Positions 28,055 through 37,622 are shown, numbered from the stretch's first letter. The stretch: 57,945 nt of DNA from Bacteroidota bacterium (GCA_024277895.1 JAJRUH010000181.1:1-57945); one strand, 5' to 3'. Numbers and translations are program-made. The notes: generated from the letters alone by a model not told the origin.

Positions 28055-28109
28055 TACCCGGCTCTCTGTCTGTCCGATACAAAAATATTGCAATAAATAT
28101 CGAAATAAA

Positions 28110-28117
28110 ATATCTTT
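28110..28117 (+). promoter_or_regulatory. Candidate -7 promoter box TATCTTTG for ruvC
   Basis: Matches TAnnTTTG. It overlaps the ORF-track start at 28116, which argues for a downstream start. Confidence 0.4.
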
Positions 28118-28157
28118 GCATTCTAACTTATACCGAATCACTTACATTCAAAAAAAA

Positions 28158-28709
28158 TTGGCAGAAGAAAAATATATACTCGGAATAGATCCCGGAACTG
28201 CATTTACCGGATACGGAATTATTAAAATTGTCGGAAAAGCACCGCAACTGGAAACATTCGGTTATATTGAGCTTTCAAAAATTGAAAATCCATACGATCG
28301 ATTAAAAAGAATTTATAATAGAACCGTGCAGTTAATTGAGAATTATCCCGTTTCCGAATTTGCAATTGAAGCACCCTTTTTCGGAAAAAATGTTCAGTCG
28401 ATGTTGAAACTCGGAAGAGCACAAGGTGTAGCAATTGCTGCTGCTTTGTCAAAAAATTTATCTGTTTATGAATATTCACCGCGAAAAATAAAATTAGCCG
28501 TAACCGGAAACGGAAATGCTTCAAAAGAACAAGTTGCCGCCTTTTTGCAAAACACTTTAAAATTTAAAGATATGCCTGCCAAACTTGATGCTACCGACGG
28601 ACTTGCCGTTGCCGTTTGTCATCATTATCAAAATCATTATACGGTAAAAGGAGCAGCAAAAAGCTGGAAAGATTTTATAAATAAAAATCCCGGGCGTGTG
28701 AAAAAATAA
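28158..28709 (+). CDS. ruvC: Crossover junction endodeoxyribonuclease RuvC
   Basis: ILGIDPGTAFTGYGII at the N terminus, then FAIEAPFFGKNVQS and ATDGLAVAVCH. The start is uncertain. I prefer the in-frame TTG at 28158 over 28116 because of the promoter box. Confidence 0.88.
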   Translation: MAEEKYILGIDPGTAFTGYGIIKIVGKAPQLETFGYIELSKIENPYDRLKRIYNRTVQLIENYPVSEFAIEAPFFGKNVQSMLKLGRAQGVAIAAALSKNLSVYEYSPRKIKLAVTGNGNASKEQVAAFLQNTLKFKDMPAKLDATDGLAVAVCHHYQNHYTVKGAAKSWKDFINKNPGRVKK

Positions 28710-28876
28710 TATTTGTTTGAAATATGTTAATTAAAATTTACAAAAACACTTTAGAATTAGCAATTTAATTATTAAATTTGTATTGTTAATAGTATAAAGT
28801 AATCTCCGGAACATAAAAATTCGTTCCGAAAAGTTTATTATTTGTAATACAATATTGTTTAATAAAACCAAAAATT

Positions 28877-29896
28877 ATGAAATTATTAAAAATTTTTATT
28901 CTCGGCTTGTTCGTTGTTTTCTTGTCTGATGCGGCACAGAGCCAAGTTGTAACTTATTCTGCAGCAAAAAGTTTGCTTAATACCGAACAAATAAAAGTTT
29001 TAGCAAAAGCAGAAAAATATATTGATAAAGCAGAAGCTAAAATTTCAAAAGCAGAAGCAATTGAAAAAAAATACGAAAAGAAAAAAAGAAAAAAGAAAAA
29101 ATACAATAAAAAAACTTGGGAAGCTAAAAAATTCAGAATACAAGCTGAAAAAGATTATTTAAGAGCCTATCAGGATGCTTCTTCAGTTTATTCGCAAATT
29201 ATTGTAGGTGCAACTTATTATGACGACAGTGATAAATCCGAAGCACATAAATTAAATGACGATGCAGTATCATTAATTGAAAGTGCCGATAAAAAAATGT
29301 CGAAATACAATAAAAAAATCGGAGATAAAAAATATTTAAAAAAATTATCTTATTCAAGCGTAACCGGTGCAGCAAGCAGTGCCAGGAGTTCTAAAGAAAA
29401 TGCCTATTCAAAACAAACCGAAGCACTGGATATTGTTTTAAACCAAGGTAAGAAAAAAGAAGCATCCGAAAAAGATAATAAAGCTTGGGCAAATGCTCAA
29501 AATATTAACACAATTACATCTTATCAGGATTATATCGATAATTTTCCGTCAGGAAAATTCATAAGCAGAGCTCGTCAAATGATAAGACAATTACAAGCGG
29601 AACAAAAGAAAAAGAAACCCGTTGTTTCAAATTATGTTTTTAAAGTTCAAATTGCAGCGTCAAGAAATCCTGTATCTAAATATGAACTTGCCGGAAAATA
29701 TTCAAATACTTCCGAAATAGAAAAAGAATATTCCGGAGGATTTTACAAATACAGAGTAAAATCATTTCCGACATACTCACAAGCTGCTGCTTTCAGAGAT
29801 CAACTTTTGAATTCTACGGTGCCGGATGCCTTTGTTGTAGCATACGACAAAAACGGAAACCAAGTTGAAGTTACCGATGAAATGAAAACACATTAG
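28877..29896 (+). CDS. SPOR domain-containing protein with a Lys-rich coiled N-terminal part
   Basis: It has a signal peptide and a C-terminal SPOR-like segment (FKVQIAASRNPVSK...YKYRVKSFPTYSQAAAFRDQL). Confidence 0.75.
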   Translation: MKLLKIFILGLFVVFLSDAAQSQVVTYSAAKSLLNTEQIKVLAKAEKYIDKAEAKISKAEAIEKKYEKKKRKKKKYNKKTWEAKKFRIQAEKDYLRAYQDASSVYSQIIVGATYYDDSDKSEAHKLNDDAVSLIESADKKMSKYNKKIGDKKYLKKLSYSSVTGAASSARSSKENAYSKQTEALDIVLNQGKKKEASEKDNKAWANAQNINTITSYQDYIDNFPSGKFISRARQMIRQLQAEQKKKKPVVSNYVFKVQIAASRNPVSKYELAGKYSNTSEIEKEYSGGFYKYRVKSFPTYSQAAAFRDQLLNSTVPDAFVVAYDKNGNQVEVTDEMKTH

Positions 29897-29919
29897 AAAT
29901 TTTTATAATTATAACAAAA

Positions 29920-29950
29920 AGAGAAGATCTCGGAAGGTCTTCTCTTTTTA
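29920..29950 (+). terminator. Intrinsic terminator
   Basis: AGAGAAGA-TCTCGGAAGG-TCTTCTCT followed by TTTTA. Confidence 0.75.
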
Positions 29951-29961
29951 ATTAAAATAAC

Positions 29962-29969
29962 TACATTTG
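29962..29969 (+). promoter_or_regulatory. Candidate -7 promoter box TACATTTG for rarA-kdsA
   Basis: Matches TAnnTTTG 38 nt upstream of the TTG start at 30007. Confidence 0.4.
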
Positions 29970-30006
29970 TTTTTCATTAAAAAGAAAAGATATTTCTAAT
30001 CAACCT

Positions 30007-31269
30007 TTGGCAGAACGCTTGAGACCCCGAACTTTAGAAGGGTATGTCGGACAAGAACACCTTGTCGGGAAAGGGAGTGTTTTGCGAAAAATTATAGAGT
30101 CGGGGAATTTACCTTCTTTTATTCTTTGGGGACCGCCCGGCGTAGGGAAAACAACTCTGGCAAAAATAATTGCAAATACTCTCGAACGACCTTTTTATAC
30201 CTTAAGTGCCGTAAGCTCCGGAGTAAAAGATGTTAGAGAAGCCATAAAAAAAGCAAAAAGTCAGGCGTTTTTTTCAAAGCCGAATCCTATTCTTTTCATA
30301 GATGAAATTCATCGTTTCAGCAAATCGCAACAAGATTCTTTGCTCGCTGCCGTTGAAGACGGAACTATAACATTGATAGGCGCAACAACCGAAAATCCGT
30401 CTTTTGAAGTCATTTCTCCCTTGCTTTCGCGTTGCCGGGTTTATGTATTAAAACCTTTGGATATTTCCGATTTGGAGAAACTTTTACGGAATGCTTTAAA
30501 AAATGAAACGGAACTTAAAAAAAAGAAAATAAAAATTGAAGAAACACACGCCTTATTTTTGCATTCGGGAGGCGATGCCAGAAAGTTGTATAATATTATT
30601 GAATTAACAGTAAATTATTTTTCCGATAAGGAAGAAATTATTATTAATGATAAAAATATAATTGCCGGTTTACAAACCGAAACAGCGACATACGACAAAA
30701 ACGGTGAAATGCACTACGATATAATTTCGGCATTTATAAAATCCGTTCGCGGAAGCGACCCCAATGCCGCCGTTTATTGGTTGGCACGAATGATTGAAGG
30801 CGGAGAAGACGTAAAATTTATTGCCCGAAGGTTAATAATTCTTGCTGCGGAAGATATCGGACTTGCAAATCCTAATGCTTTACTTATTGCAAATAATTGT
30901 TTTTCGGCGGTTAATGTTATCGGATATCCTGAATCTCGAATTATTCTTTCGGAAGCAACAATTTATTTGGCAAATTCGCCTAAAAGCAATTCGGCATATA
31001 AAGCAATCGATAAAGCACAAGATTTAGTGCGAAAAACAGGAAATTTATCCGTTCCTTTGCATCTCAGAAATGCTCCCACAAAGCTTATGAAAGAACTCGG
31101 CTACGGAAAAAATTATAAATATGCCCATTCTTATGATGAAAATTTTGTAAAACAAGAATATTTGCCCGAAAAATTAAGCGGAAAAAAATTATACGAAGCT
31201 CAAAATAATTCTGCGGAAGAGAAAACAAAACAATTAATGCAAAAACGTTGGGGAAATAAATACGAATAA
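30007..31269 (+). CDS. rarA: Replication-associated recombination protein A (AAA+ ATPase)
   Basis: Motifs AERLRPRTLEGYVGQEHL, Walker A GPPGVGKTT, FIDEIHRF and the MgsA C-terminal region (AVYWLARMIEGGED). Confidence 0.93.
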   Translation: MAERLRPRTLEGYVGQEHLVGKGSVLRKIIESGNLPSFILWGPPGVGKTTLAKIIANTLERPFYTLSAVSSGVKDVREAIKKAKSQAFFSKPNPILFIDEIHRFSKSQQDSLLAAVEDGTITLIGATTENPSFEVISPLLSRCRVYVLKPLDISDLEKLLRNALKNETELKKKKIKIEETHALFLHSGGDARKLYNIIELTVNYFSDKEEIIINDKNIIAGLQTETATYDKNGEMHYDIISAFIKSVRGSDPNAAVYWLARMIEGGEDVKFIARRLIILAAEDIGLANPNALLIANNCFSAVNVIGYPESRIILSEATIYLANSPKSNSAYKAIDKAQDLVRKTGNLSVPLHLRNAPTKLMKELGYGKNYKYAHSYDENFVKQEYLPEKLSGKKLYEAQNNSAEEKTKQLMQKRWGNKYE

Positions 31270-31281
31270 AAAAACAAACAA

Positions 31282-32103
31282 ATGATACCCGAAATTAAGA
31301 ATATCAAAAATAAAGAAAGCAATAATTTTTTTTTATTTGCCGGACCTTGTGTCGTTGAAAGCGAAAAAAATGTTTTTGAAATTGCAGAAAAACTTTTGAA
31401 AATAACCGATAAATTAAAAATTCCTTTTGTTTTTAAGGCATCATTTAAAAAAGCTAATCGTTCGCGAATAGATTCTTTTACCGGAATAGGCGATGAAAAA
31501 GCCCTTAAAATATTGCAAAAAGTTAAAGAAATTTCAGGTTTACCTATTGTTACCGATATTCACTCTCCCGAAGATGCAAAAAAGGCGGCTGATTTTGATA
31601 TTGACATTCTTCAAATACCCGCTTTTTTATCCAGACAAACAGACTTGCTTATTGCTGCCGGAAAAACAGGAAAATTCGTAAATATTAAAAAAGGACAATT
31701 TATGTCGCCCGAAGCAATGCAATTTGCGGCTCAAAAAGTCGAACAAACCGGAAATTCAAATATTATGCTTACCGACAGGGGCACTATGTTCGGCTACGGC
31801 GATTTAATCGTTGATTTTCGTTCCGTACCGATTATGCAGAAAACGGGTTTTCCGGTTGTAGTTGATATTACACACTCGTTACAGCAACCCAACCAAACTT
31901 CCGGAATAACGGGCGGACAACCCGAAATGATTGAAACAATAGGCAAAGCTGCAATTGCAACCGGAGCTGACGGTATTTTCCTGGAAACACATCCGAATCC
32001 TGCAGAAGCAAAATCAGACGGAGCAAATATGTTGCATTTAAGTTTGGCTGAAAATTTATTAAGTCGATTGGTTATAATAAGACAGGCGATAAATTCGTTT
32101 TAA
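31282..32103 (+). CDS. kdsA: 3-deoxy-8-phosphooctulonate (KDO-8-P) synthase
   Basis: Motifs AGPCVVES, KASFKKANRS, QIPAFLSRQTDL and VDITHSLQ. Confidence 0.95.
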   Translation: MIPEIKNIKNKESNNFFLFAGPCVVESEKNVFEIAEKLLKITDKLKIPFVFKASFKKANRSRIDSFTGIGDEKALKILQKVKEISGLPIVTDIHSPEDAKKAADFDIDILQIPAFLSRQTDLLIAAGKTGKFVNIKKGQFMSPEAMQFAAQKVEQTGNSNIMLTDRGTMFGYGDLIVDFRSVPIMQKTGFPVVVDITHSLQQPNQTSGITGGQPEMIETIGKAAIATGADGIFLETHPNPAEAKSDGANMLHLSLAENLLSRLVIIRQAINSF

Positions 32104-32112
32104 GATTAGAAA

Positions 32113-32550
32113 ATGAAGAAAATTTTAAGTATAAGCATATTAATTTTTCTCGGAATTACCGGTTTTGCACAAAGCGGAACGATAAAAATTATAATTCCCG
32201 ATATTTTGAGTAATAAAGGAAATATTAAAGTTGCTCTGTATAATAAAGCAGGGAGTAATGGTTTTTTAAAAGATTTGAATTCCGCATACAGAAAAAAAGA
32301 ATGTGAGATAAAAAATAATTCCGCCGTTATTGTTTTTAAGAATATTCCTTACGGAAAATATGCCGTTTCTTTGTTTCAAGATGAGAATAAAAACAATAAG
32401 ATTGACAGAGCTGCAATCGGCTTTCCGACAGAGCCTTACGGTATTTCCGGAAATAAAAATACTATAGGTCCGCCAAAATTTAAAGACGGAGAATTTGAGC
32501 TTAAATCGTCGAATTTAACTTTAAAAATTACTCTGAAATCTTTTTTATGA
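32113..32550 (+). CDS. DUF2141 domain-containing secreted protein
   Basis: 145 aa with a signal peptide, G.I...I......G.I.VALY and the FPTEPYGISGN pattern typical of DUF2141. Confidence 0.7.
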   Translation: MKKILSISILIFLGITGFAQSGTIKIIIPDILSNKGNIKVALYNKAGSNGFLKDLNSAYRKKECEIKNNSAVIVFKNIPYGKYAVSLFQDENKNNKIDRAAIGFPTEPYGISGNKNTIGPPKFKDGEFELKSSNLTLKITLKSFL

Positions 32551-32934
32551 AAAACTAATAAGGGCAATCTGCATTATTCCGGTTTTCATCCCAACACCGC
32601 CAAATAGTATCTCCGAAAAAATCAAAATATGTCCGGACTTCGCACACTTACAAACCTAAGACATTGATATACAACGGAGTCTGTTTTTTCTCAGGCACTA
32701 CAAATGTTATTTAATTTCGTAGGGGATGGTGGTGTGTTTTCTGTCGTAAAGTTTGAGGATTTTATAGGCGTCTTCTTCAATTTTTAAAGGAAGTGCATAA
32801 AATTTATTTGTTGACTTATCTTTTAGTATAGAAGTTTGAAAAAAGTTGTCTTAACAAATGGGGGAAGTATAGTAAACTTTACTTTTGTGTTTTTTTGAGT
32901 ATTCTTGTAAATTTTAACTTTGTTAAACTAAAAA

Positions 32935-32963
32935 ATCAGTTCAAAAATTTGAGCTGATTTTTA
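32935..32963. terminator. Intrinsic terminator downstream of prfA (bidirectional shape)
   Basis: ATCAGTTC-AAAAATTT-GAGCTGAT (one G-U pair) flanked by A-run and T-run. Confidence 0.6.
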
Positions 32964-33006
32964 TACTTCCTGCATTGCCTGAATGTCCCTAAGTAAACGG
33001 TAAAAA

Positions 33007-34095
33007 CTATTCCATTCCCGAAGATTTTAATTTTTCCGTATTTTCCGCAATTTGAAGTTTCTCAATAATTTCGGTAATATCTCCGTTTAAAATATTTTGC
33101 AGATGGTATAAAGTAAGTTTAATACGGTGATCGGTTACTCGTCCCTGCGGATAATTATATGTCCTGATTTTTGCCGAACGGTCACCGCCGGAAACCATAG
33201 TTTTTCTTTTAGAAGAAATCTTATCCAAATATTTTTGATATTCCAAATTGTAAAGACGTGTTTTTAATTCTTTCATAGCCTTTTTCAAATTCTTTATTTG
33301 TGATTTTTCATCTTGGCAGGTAACAACCAAACCTGTCGGAATATGTGTTAATCGAATAGCCGAATATGTTGTGTTTACAGATTGTCCTCCCGGTCCGGAA
33401 GAACAATAAGTATCTTTTCTTACATCGGCATCATTAATTTCAACATCAATATCTTCAGCTTCGGGAAGTACGGCAACCGATGCCGCAGATGTATGAACTC
33501 TTCCTTGTGTTTCCGTATCCGGAACACGTTGAACACGATGCACACCGGATTCATATTTTAATATACCGTAAACACCGTTCCCCGTTACTTGGAAAACAAT
33601 TTCTTTGTAACCTCCCTGTGTTCCTTCGGTAATGTTATTAATTTCAATTTTCCATTTTTTCAGTTCGCAAAATTTTGTGTACATTCTGAACAAATCTCCG
33701 GCAAAAATACTGGCTTCGTCGCCTCCTGTCCCCGCTCTTATCTCAACAATAGCATTTTTATCATCTTCCGGATCTTTCGGTAATAATAATATTTTAATAT
33801 CTGCTTCTAATTCGTTTTTTTGAGTGATAAGCGAATCAATTTCATTTTTTGCCATTTGTTTCATCTCGGCATCATCCTCTTCCGAAAGCATAATTTTTGA
33901 AGACTCAATATTCTCAATAACATTTTTATATGTTTTATATGCTTCGATAATCGGTTCGAGATTTTTATATTCTTTATTAAGTTTTACATATTTTTCCTGA
34001 TTAGAAGCAACGGAAGGTTCTGATAATAAACGCTCTACTTCTTTATATCTGTCATAAACTCCTTTTAATTTATCTAAAATCATATTCTTACTCAT
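33007..34095 (-). CDS. prfA: Peptide chain release factor 1
   Basis: 362 aa with the GGQ motif (SGPGGQSVNTT) and a PxT-type anticodon loop (RVPDTETQGRVHTS). Confidence 0.96.
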   Translation of the reverse strand: MSKNMILDKLKGVYDRYKEVERLLSEPSVASNQEKYVKLNKEYKNLEPIIEAYKTYKNVIENIESSKIMLSEEDDAEMKQMAKNEIDSLITQKNELEADIKILLLPKDPEDDKNAIVEIRAGTGGDEASIFAGDLFRMYTKFCELKKWKIEINNITEGTQGGYKEIVFQVTGNGVYGILKYESGVHRVQRVPDTETQGRVHTSAASVAVLPEAEDIDVEINDADVRKDTYCSSGPGGQSVNTTYSAIRLTHIPTGLVVTCQDEKSQIKNLKKAMKELKTRLYNLEYQKYLDKISSKRKTMVSGGDRSAKIRTYNYPQGRVTDHRIKLTLYHLQNILNGDITEIIEKLQIAENTEKLKSSGME

Positions 34096-34122
34096 ATGCT
34101 CCTTGTTTCAATTTATAAAATG

Positions 34123-34130
34123 CAAAATTA
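34123..34130 (-). promoter_or_regulatory. Candidate -7 promoter box (TAATTTTG on minus strand) for prfA
   Basis: The plus strand reads CAAAATTA, 28 nt upstream of the ATG at 34095. Confidence 0.4.
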
Positions 34131-34181
34131 TAAAATATAAAAATAAATCTTTCATTATATCTAAATAATCCGCAGAATTAT

Positions 34182-34189
34182 TATTTTTG
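34182..34189 (+). promoter_or_regulatory. Candidate -7 promoter box TATTTTTG
   Basis: Matches TAnnTTTG 44 nt upstream of the ATG at 34233. Confidence 0.4.
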
Positions 34190-34232
34190 TCTGCATTCAA
34201 AATTAATAATAATAATAATAAATTATAAAAAT

Positions 34233-34979
34233 ATGAGATTCGGAAAAACAACAAATCCTGTTTTATCGGAAAAACGTTTCGAAAACATTCATGTACAATC
34301 AGGTGTATTTACAGAACCGATGACTTTAAGCGGAACAATTAACAAAACACTGTTACTTTTTCTTCTGTTATTAATTACGGGAAGTTTATCTTGGCGAATG
34401 ACTGTGTCGGGAAGTATAAACCCGGGAATATTTATTTGGGGCGGTGCAATCGGAGGATTAATCGTTGCAATTTTCACTGTTATGAAACCGGAAAAATCTC
34501 CGATAACAGCACCGATTTATGCTTTGCTTGAAGGATTATTTGTCGGTTCAATATCTGCTTTTTATGCAAAATTTTACAGCGGAATTGTGATACAAGCTGT
34601 AGGTTTAACATTGTCAATAATGTTTGTAATGTTAATTTTATATCGAACCGGTGTATTAAAAGCCACTCCTAAATTTAAAAAAGGTGTAATAGTTGCAACA
34701 GGCGGTGTTGCATTGTTTTATATTCTAAATATTATTGCTTCGGCTTTTGGCGGCGGTGTTAATTTTTTTAAACTCGGCACACTCGGTATCGTAATTTCAT
34801 TAGTTATCATTGTTATTGCAGCAATGAATTTAATATTAGATTTTGATATGATTGAAAAAGGCGTAAACACAGGTCAACCCAAATACGTTGAATGGTTTGC
34901 CGGATTTGGTCTTATGGTAACTTTAATTTGGTTATATCTTGAAATTTTACGATTATTAGCATTATTATCAAGAAGATAA
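34233..34979 (+). CDS. Bax inhibitor-1/YccA-like integral membrane protein (COG4760-type)
   Basis: 248 aa with about 7 hydrophobic helices and the N-terminal SNP/TNPVL motif typical of this family. Confidence 0.65.
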   Translation: MRFGKTTNPVLSEKRFENIHVQSGVFTEPMTLSGTINKTLLLFLLLLITGSLSWRMTVSGSINPGIFIWGGAIGGLIVAIFTVMKPEKSPITAPIYALLEGLFVGSISAFYAKFYSGIVIQAVGLTLSIMFVMLILYRTGVLKATPKFKKGVIVATGGVALFYILNIIASAFGGGVNFFKLGTLGIVISLVIIVIAAMNLILDFDMIEKGVNTGQPKYVEWFAGFGLMVTLIWLYLEILRLLALLSRR

Positions 34980-34991
34980 GTCAATTTGCAA

Positions 34992-35495
34992 ATGAAAAAA
35001 ACACTTATAAAAAGCTTGTTATTTTGGGGTGTATTAGTACTTTTTACGCAATGTCATACAACTAATACAAAAGAAATAAGAACTAATGACAGCAGAACTG
35101 AAATTCTGCGTGATAAAGTTGTAAACTATGCTAAAAAACAAATCGGAGTAAGATATAAATATGCCGGGAATACGCCGAAAACAGGCTTTGATTGTTCGGG
35201 TTATACAAAATACGTATATGCTCATTTCAACTATGATTTACCTCGTCGTTCAGTAGATTATACGAATATCGGTAAAAAAATTAGTGTGAAAAATTGTAAA
35301 AAAGGCGATATCTTACTTTTTACGGGAAGTAACAAGCATAAACGTGTTACCGGGCACTTAGGAATTGTCGTTTCAAATAAAAAAGGAACCATTAAGTTTC
35401 TTCACGCATCTTCATCTCGAGGTGTTGTAATTTCTGACCTCAGTATTTCTTATTTTAAAGATAGAATTCTGGGTGCAAGAAGAATTATTAAATAA
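34992..35495 (+). CDS. NlpC/P60 (C40) family peptidoglycan peptidase lipoprotein
   Basis: The ATG at 34992 gives a lipoprotein signal ending in FTQC. The catalytic motifs are GFDCSGYTKYVY and GHLGIV. Confidence 0.85.
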   Translation: MKKTLIKSLLFWGVLVLFTQCHTTNTKEIRTNDSRTEILRDKVVNYAKKQIGVRYKYAGNTPKTGFDCSGYTKYVYAHFNYDLPRRSVDYTNIGKKISVKNCKKGDILLFTGSNKHKRVTGHLGIVVSNKKGTIKFLHASSSRGVVISDLSISYFKDRILGARRIIK

Positions 35496-35503
35496 TTAAT
35501 ATA

Positions 35504-35911
35504 ATGCAGGTATCAGATAATAAAATAGATATAAGTAAATTTAATTGGTCCGGCTTAAAAATTCTTATCGCAGAAGATGAAATAATGAATTATCTTTATC
35601 TTGAAGAAGTGTTACGCGAAACTTTTGCTGAAGTTATTTGGTGCAAAAACGGTCAGGAAGCCGTTGAGAAAGTTATTGCAGAAAAAACTCCGTTTAATAT
35701 TATATTAATGGACGTTAAGATGCCGATTATGAACGGATATGAAGCAACAAAAATTATTAAAAAATACAAACCGGAAATTCCGATAATTATACAAACAGCT
35801 TACGCTATGCAAAATGAAAAAAATAAAGGATACAAAGCAGGTTGTGATGAATACCTTGAAAAACCGATTAAACAAGACAGATTATTAACAACAATCAGTA
35901 AATTTTTATAA
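35504..35911 (+). CDS. Stand-alone response regulator receiver protein
   Basis: 135 aa with the acidic pocket AEDE, the phosphoacceptor in ILMDVKMP, and a conserved Lys (YLEKP). Confidence 0.9.
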   Translation: MQVSDNKIDISKFNWSGLKILIAEDEIMNYLYLEEVLRETFAEVIWCKNGQEAVEKVIAEKTPFNIILMDVKMPIMNGYEATKIIKKYKPEIPIIIQTAYAMQNEKNKGYKAGCDEYLEKPIKQDRLLTTISKFL

Positions 35912-35921
35912 TTCTTAATTT

Positions 35922-36224
35922 ATGTTTGATAAAATAATGGCTCAAATGCAGGAACAAGCAGCTGAAACAAAAAAGAGACTTGATAATACTGTTGTTGAAG
36001 CTGAAGCAGAAAACGGTTTGGTAAAAATAACTGCCACGGGTAATAAAAAAATATTATCAATTAAAATAAACGAAAAAATTGCCGACGACAAAGAGACTGT
36101 TGAAGATTTAGTCATACTTGCCGGAAACAAAGTACTCAAAAAAGCAGAAAAAATTGCTCAAAATGAAACTAAAAGTATGGCAAAAAATGTTCTTCCCGAC
36201 GGTTTCGGAAATATTTTCGGATAG
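35922..36224 (+). CDS. YbaB/EbfC family nucleoid-associated protein
   Basis: 100 aa with size and pattern (VEAEAENGLVKITATGNKKILSIKI...EDLVILAGNKVLKKA) typical of YbaB. Confidence 0.85.
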   Translation: MFDKIMAQMQEQAAETKKRLDNTVVEAEAENGLVKITATGNKKILSIKINEKIADDKETVEDLVILAGNKVLKKAEKIAQNETKSMAKNVLPDGFGNIFG

Positions 36225-36252
36225 AATTATTCATTTAATTAATATACAAATT

Positions 36253-37452
36253 ATGAAATACATTAAATTATCAATTATCATTTTTGCATTATTTGTATCA
36301 AATACAGTAATTGCTCAAAAAACGAATGATACGATTAAAGGCTATGTCTTTAAAGAAGATTTCCGCTTACCTGCAACAAGTGTAAAAAATCAATATCGCT
36401 CAGGTACCTGCTGGAGTTTTTCCGGTCTTTCTTTTTTAGAATCAGAAATGTTACGAAAAGGAAGAGATACCGTTGATCTGTCTGAAATGTTCGTTGTAGA
36501 TCATTGTTACAAAGACAAAGCACGATTAGACGTAAGAATGCAGGGACATATTAATTTCGGCGGCGGCGGAGCTTTTCATGATGATACGTATGTGATGAAA
36601 AAATACGGATTAGTTCCTGAAAATATTTATACCGGTTTACATTACGGAACAAAAAAACATGTTCACGGTGAGTTAGACGAAGTATTGAAAGATTTTGTTG
36701 CCGGAGTTATTAAAAATAAAAACAAATCCATAACACCCGTTTGGGGAAAAGCATTCGATGCCATCATCGATACATATTTAGGAACACTCCCGGAACACTT
36801 CTCCTATAAAGGGAAAATATATACACCAAAAAGTTTTGCTAAAAATTATGTCGGATTAAATCCTGATGATTATATTGAAATAAGCTCATTTACACACCAT
36901 CCTTTTTATTCAAAATTCATTTTGGAAGTTCCGGATAATTGGATGTCAAAAAAAGTTTATAATCTGCCGCTTAAAGAATTTGAACAAGTTATAGACTATT
37001 CCTTAAAAAACGGATATACAATTGCCTGGGGTGCTGATGTCAGTACTAAAGGATTTATGTATAACAAAGGTGTTGCCGTTATTCCGGAAACGGATATTGA
37101 AAATCTCAACGGATTAGAAAAAGCAAAATGGGAAAAATTAACCGAAAGAGAACGTAATACTCAAATTTATAAAGAAAGCGGACCCGTACAAGAAAAGAAA
37201 ATAACACAAAAATTGCGTCAGGAAAAATTCAACAGCCAAGAAACAACTGATGACCATGGAATGCACATTATAGGCATTGCTCACGACCAAAACGGAACAA
37301 AATATTATATCGTAAAAAATTCTTGGGGCGTAAATTCAAAGTATAAAGGTTATTTTTATGCTTCAAAAGCTTTTGTTTTATTACAAACAACGGATATTAT
37401 GGTAAATAAAAATGCCGTTCCGAAAGCAATTCGTAAAAAATTAGGATTATAA
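36253..37452 (+). CDS. C1-family aminopeptidase (PepC/bleomycin hydrolase-like), secreted
   Basis: The ATG at 36253 gives a signal peptide (MKYIKLSIIIFALFVSNTVIAQ). The catalytic Cys lies in QYRSGTCWSFS and the His in DDHGMHIIG, followed by KNSWG. The ORF-track start at 36118 overlaps ybaB. Confidence 0.85.
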   Translation: MKYIKLSIIIFALFVSNTVIAQKTNDTIKGYVFKEDFRLPATSVKNQYRSGTCWSFSGLSFLESEMLRKGRDTVDLSEMFVVDHCYKDKARLDVRMQGHINFGGGGAFHDDTYVMKKYGLVPENIYTGLHYGTKKHVHGELDEVLKDFVAGVIKNKNKSITPVWGKAFDAIIDTYLGTLPEHFSYKGKIYTPKSFAKNYVGLNPDDYIEISSFTHHPFYSKFILEVPDNWMSKKVYNLPLKEFEQVIDYSLKNGYTIAWGADVSTKGFMYNKGVAVIPETDIENLNGLEKAKWEKLTERERNTQIYKESGPVQEKKITQKLRQEKFNSQETTDDHGMHIIGIAHDQNGTKYYIVKNSWGVNSKYKGYFYASKAFVLLQTTDIMVNKNAVPKAIRKKLGL

Positions 37453-37497
37453 TACTCATTTTGAAACTTAACCCGGGGTTGCCTGAAAAATTATGTT

Positions 37498-37579
37498 TGT
37501 CATGCTGAACTTGTTTCAGCACCTTTATAAAACGTTGAAAATAAACCTTGTAATATACAGAAACAAGTTCAGCATGACA
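37498..37579. repeat. 20-bp perfect inverted repeat TGTCATGCTGAACTTGTTTC / GAAACAAGTTCAGCATGACA separated by 42 nt, followed by a T-run
   Basis: Direct reading. It lies between pepC-like stop and the ispF promoter, so it may act as a terminator for the upstream gene. Confidence 0.85.
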
Positions 37580-37587
37580 TTTTAATA

Positions 37588-37595
37588 TATTTTTG
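37588..37595 (+). promoter_or_regulatory. Candidate -7 promoter box TATTTTTG for ispF
   Basis: Matches TAnnTTTG 28 nt upstream of the ATG at 37623. It overlaps the ORF-track start at 37593. Confidence 0.45.
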
Positions 37596-37622
37596 GGCAT
37601 CCTCATTTTTTTATTGAAACAC

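Noticed and set aside
29081-29110. A-rich homopolymer runs inside the SPOR protein gene as a slippage or frameshift site
   Set aside because: They encode a Lys-rich low-complexity segment (KKKRKKKKYNKK) and the reading frame is intact. There is no evidence of alternative frames.
33007-34095. Programmed frameshift, as in release factor genes
   Set aside because: The known +1 frameshift is in prfB (RF2). This is RF1, with an uninterrupted ORF.
34204-34221. (TAA)6 microsatellite upstream of the Bax-inhibitor-like gene as a phase-variation switch
   Set aside because: It lies between the candidate -7 box and the start codon, so length changes would alter neither promoter spacing nor reading frame. 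Such runs are common in AT-rich intergenic DNA.
36118-36252. N-terminal extensions proposed by the ORF track (also 5305-5385, 7015-7050, 7160-7183, 7851-7904, 16753-16797, 24047-24064, 37593-37622, 39662-39835, 39734-39787, 46997-47050, 52867-52875)
   Set aside because: The extensions overlap upstream genes or candidate TAnnTTTG promoter boxes. The internal ATG gives a proper signal peptide or family-typical N terminus.
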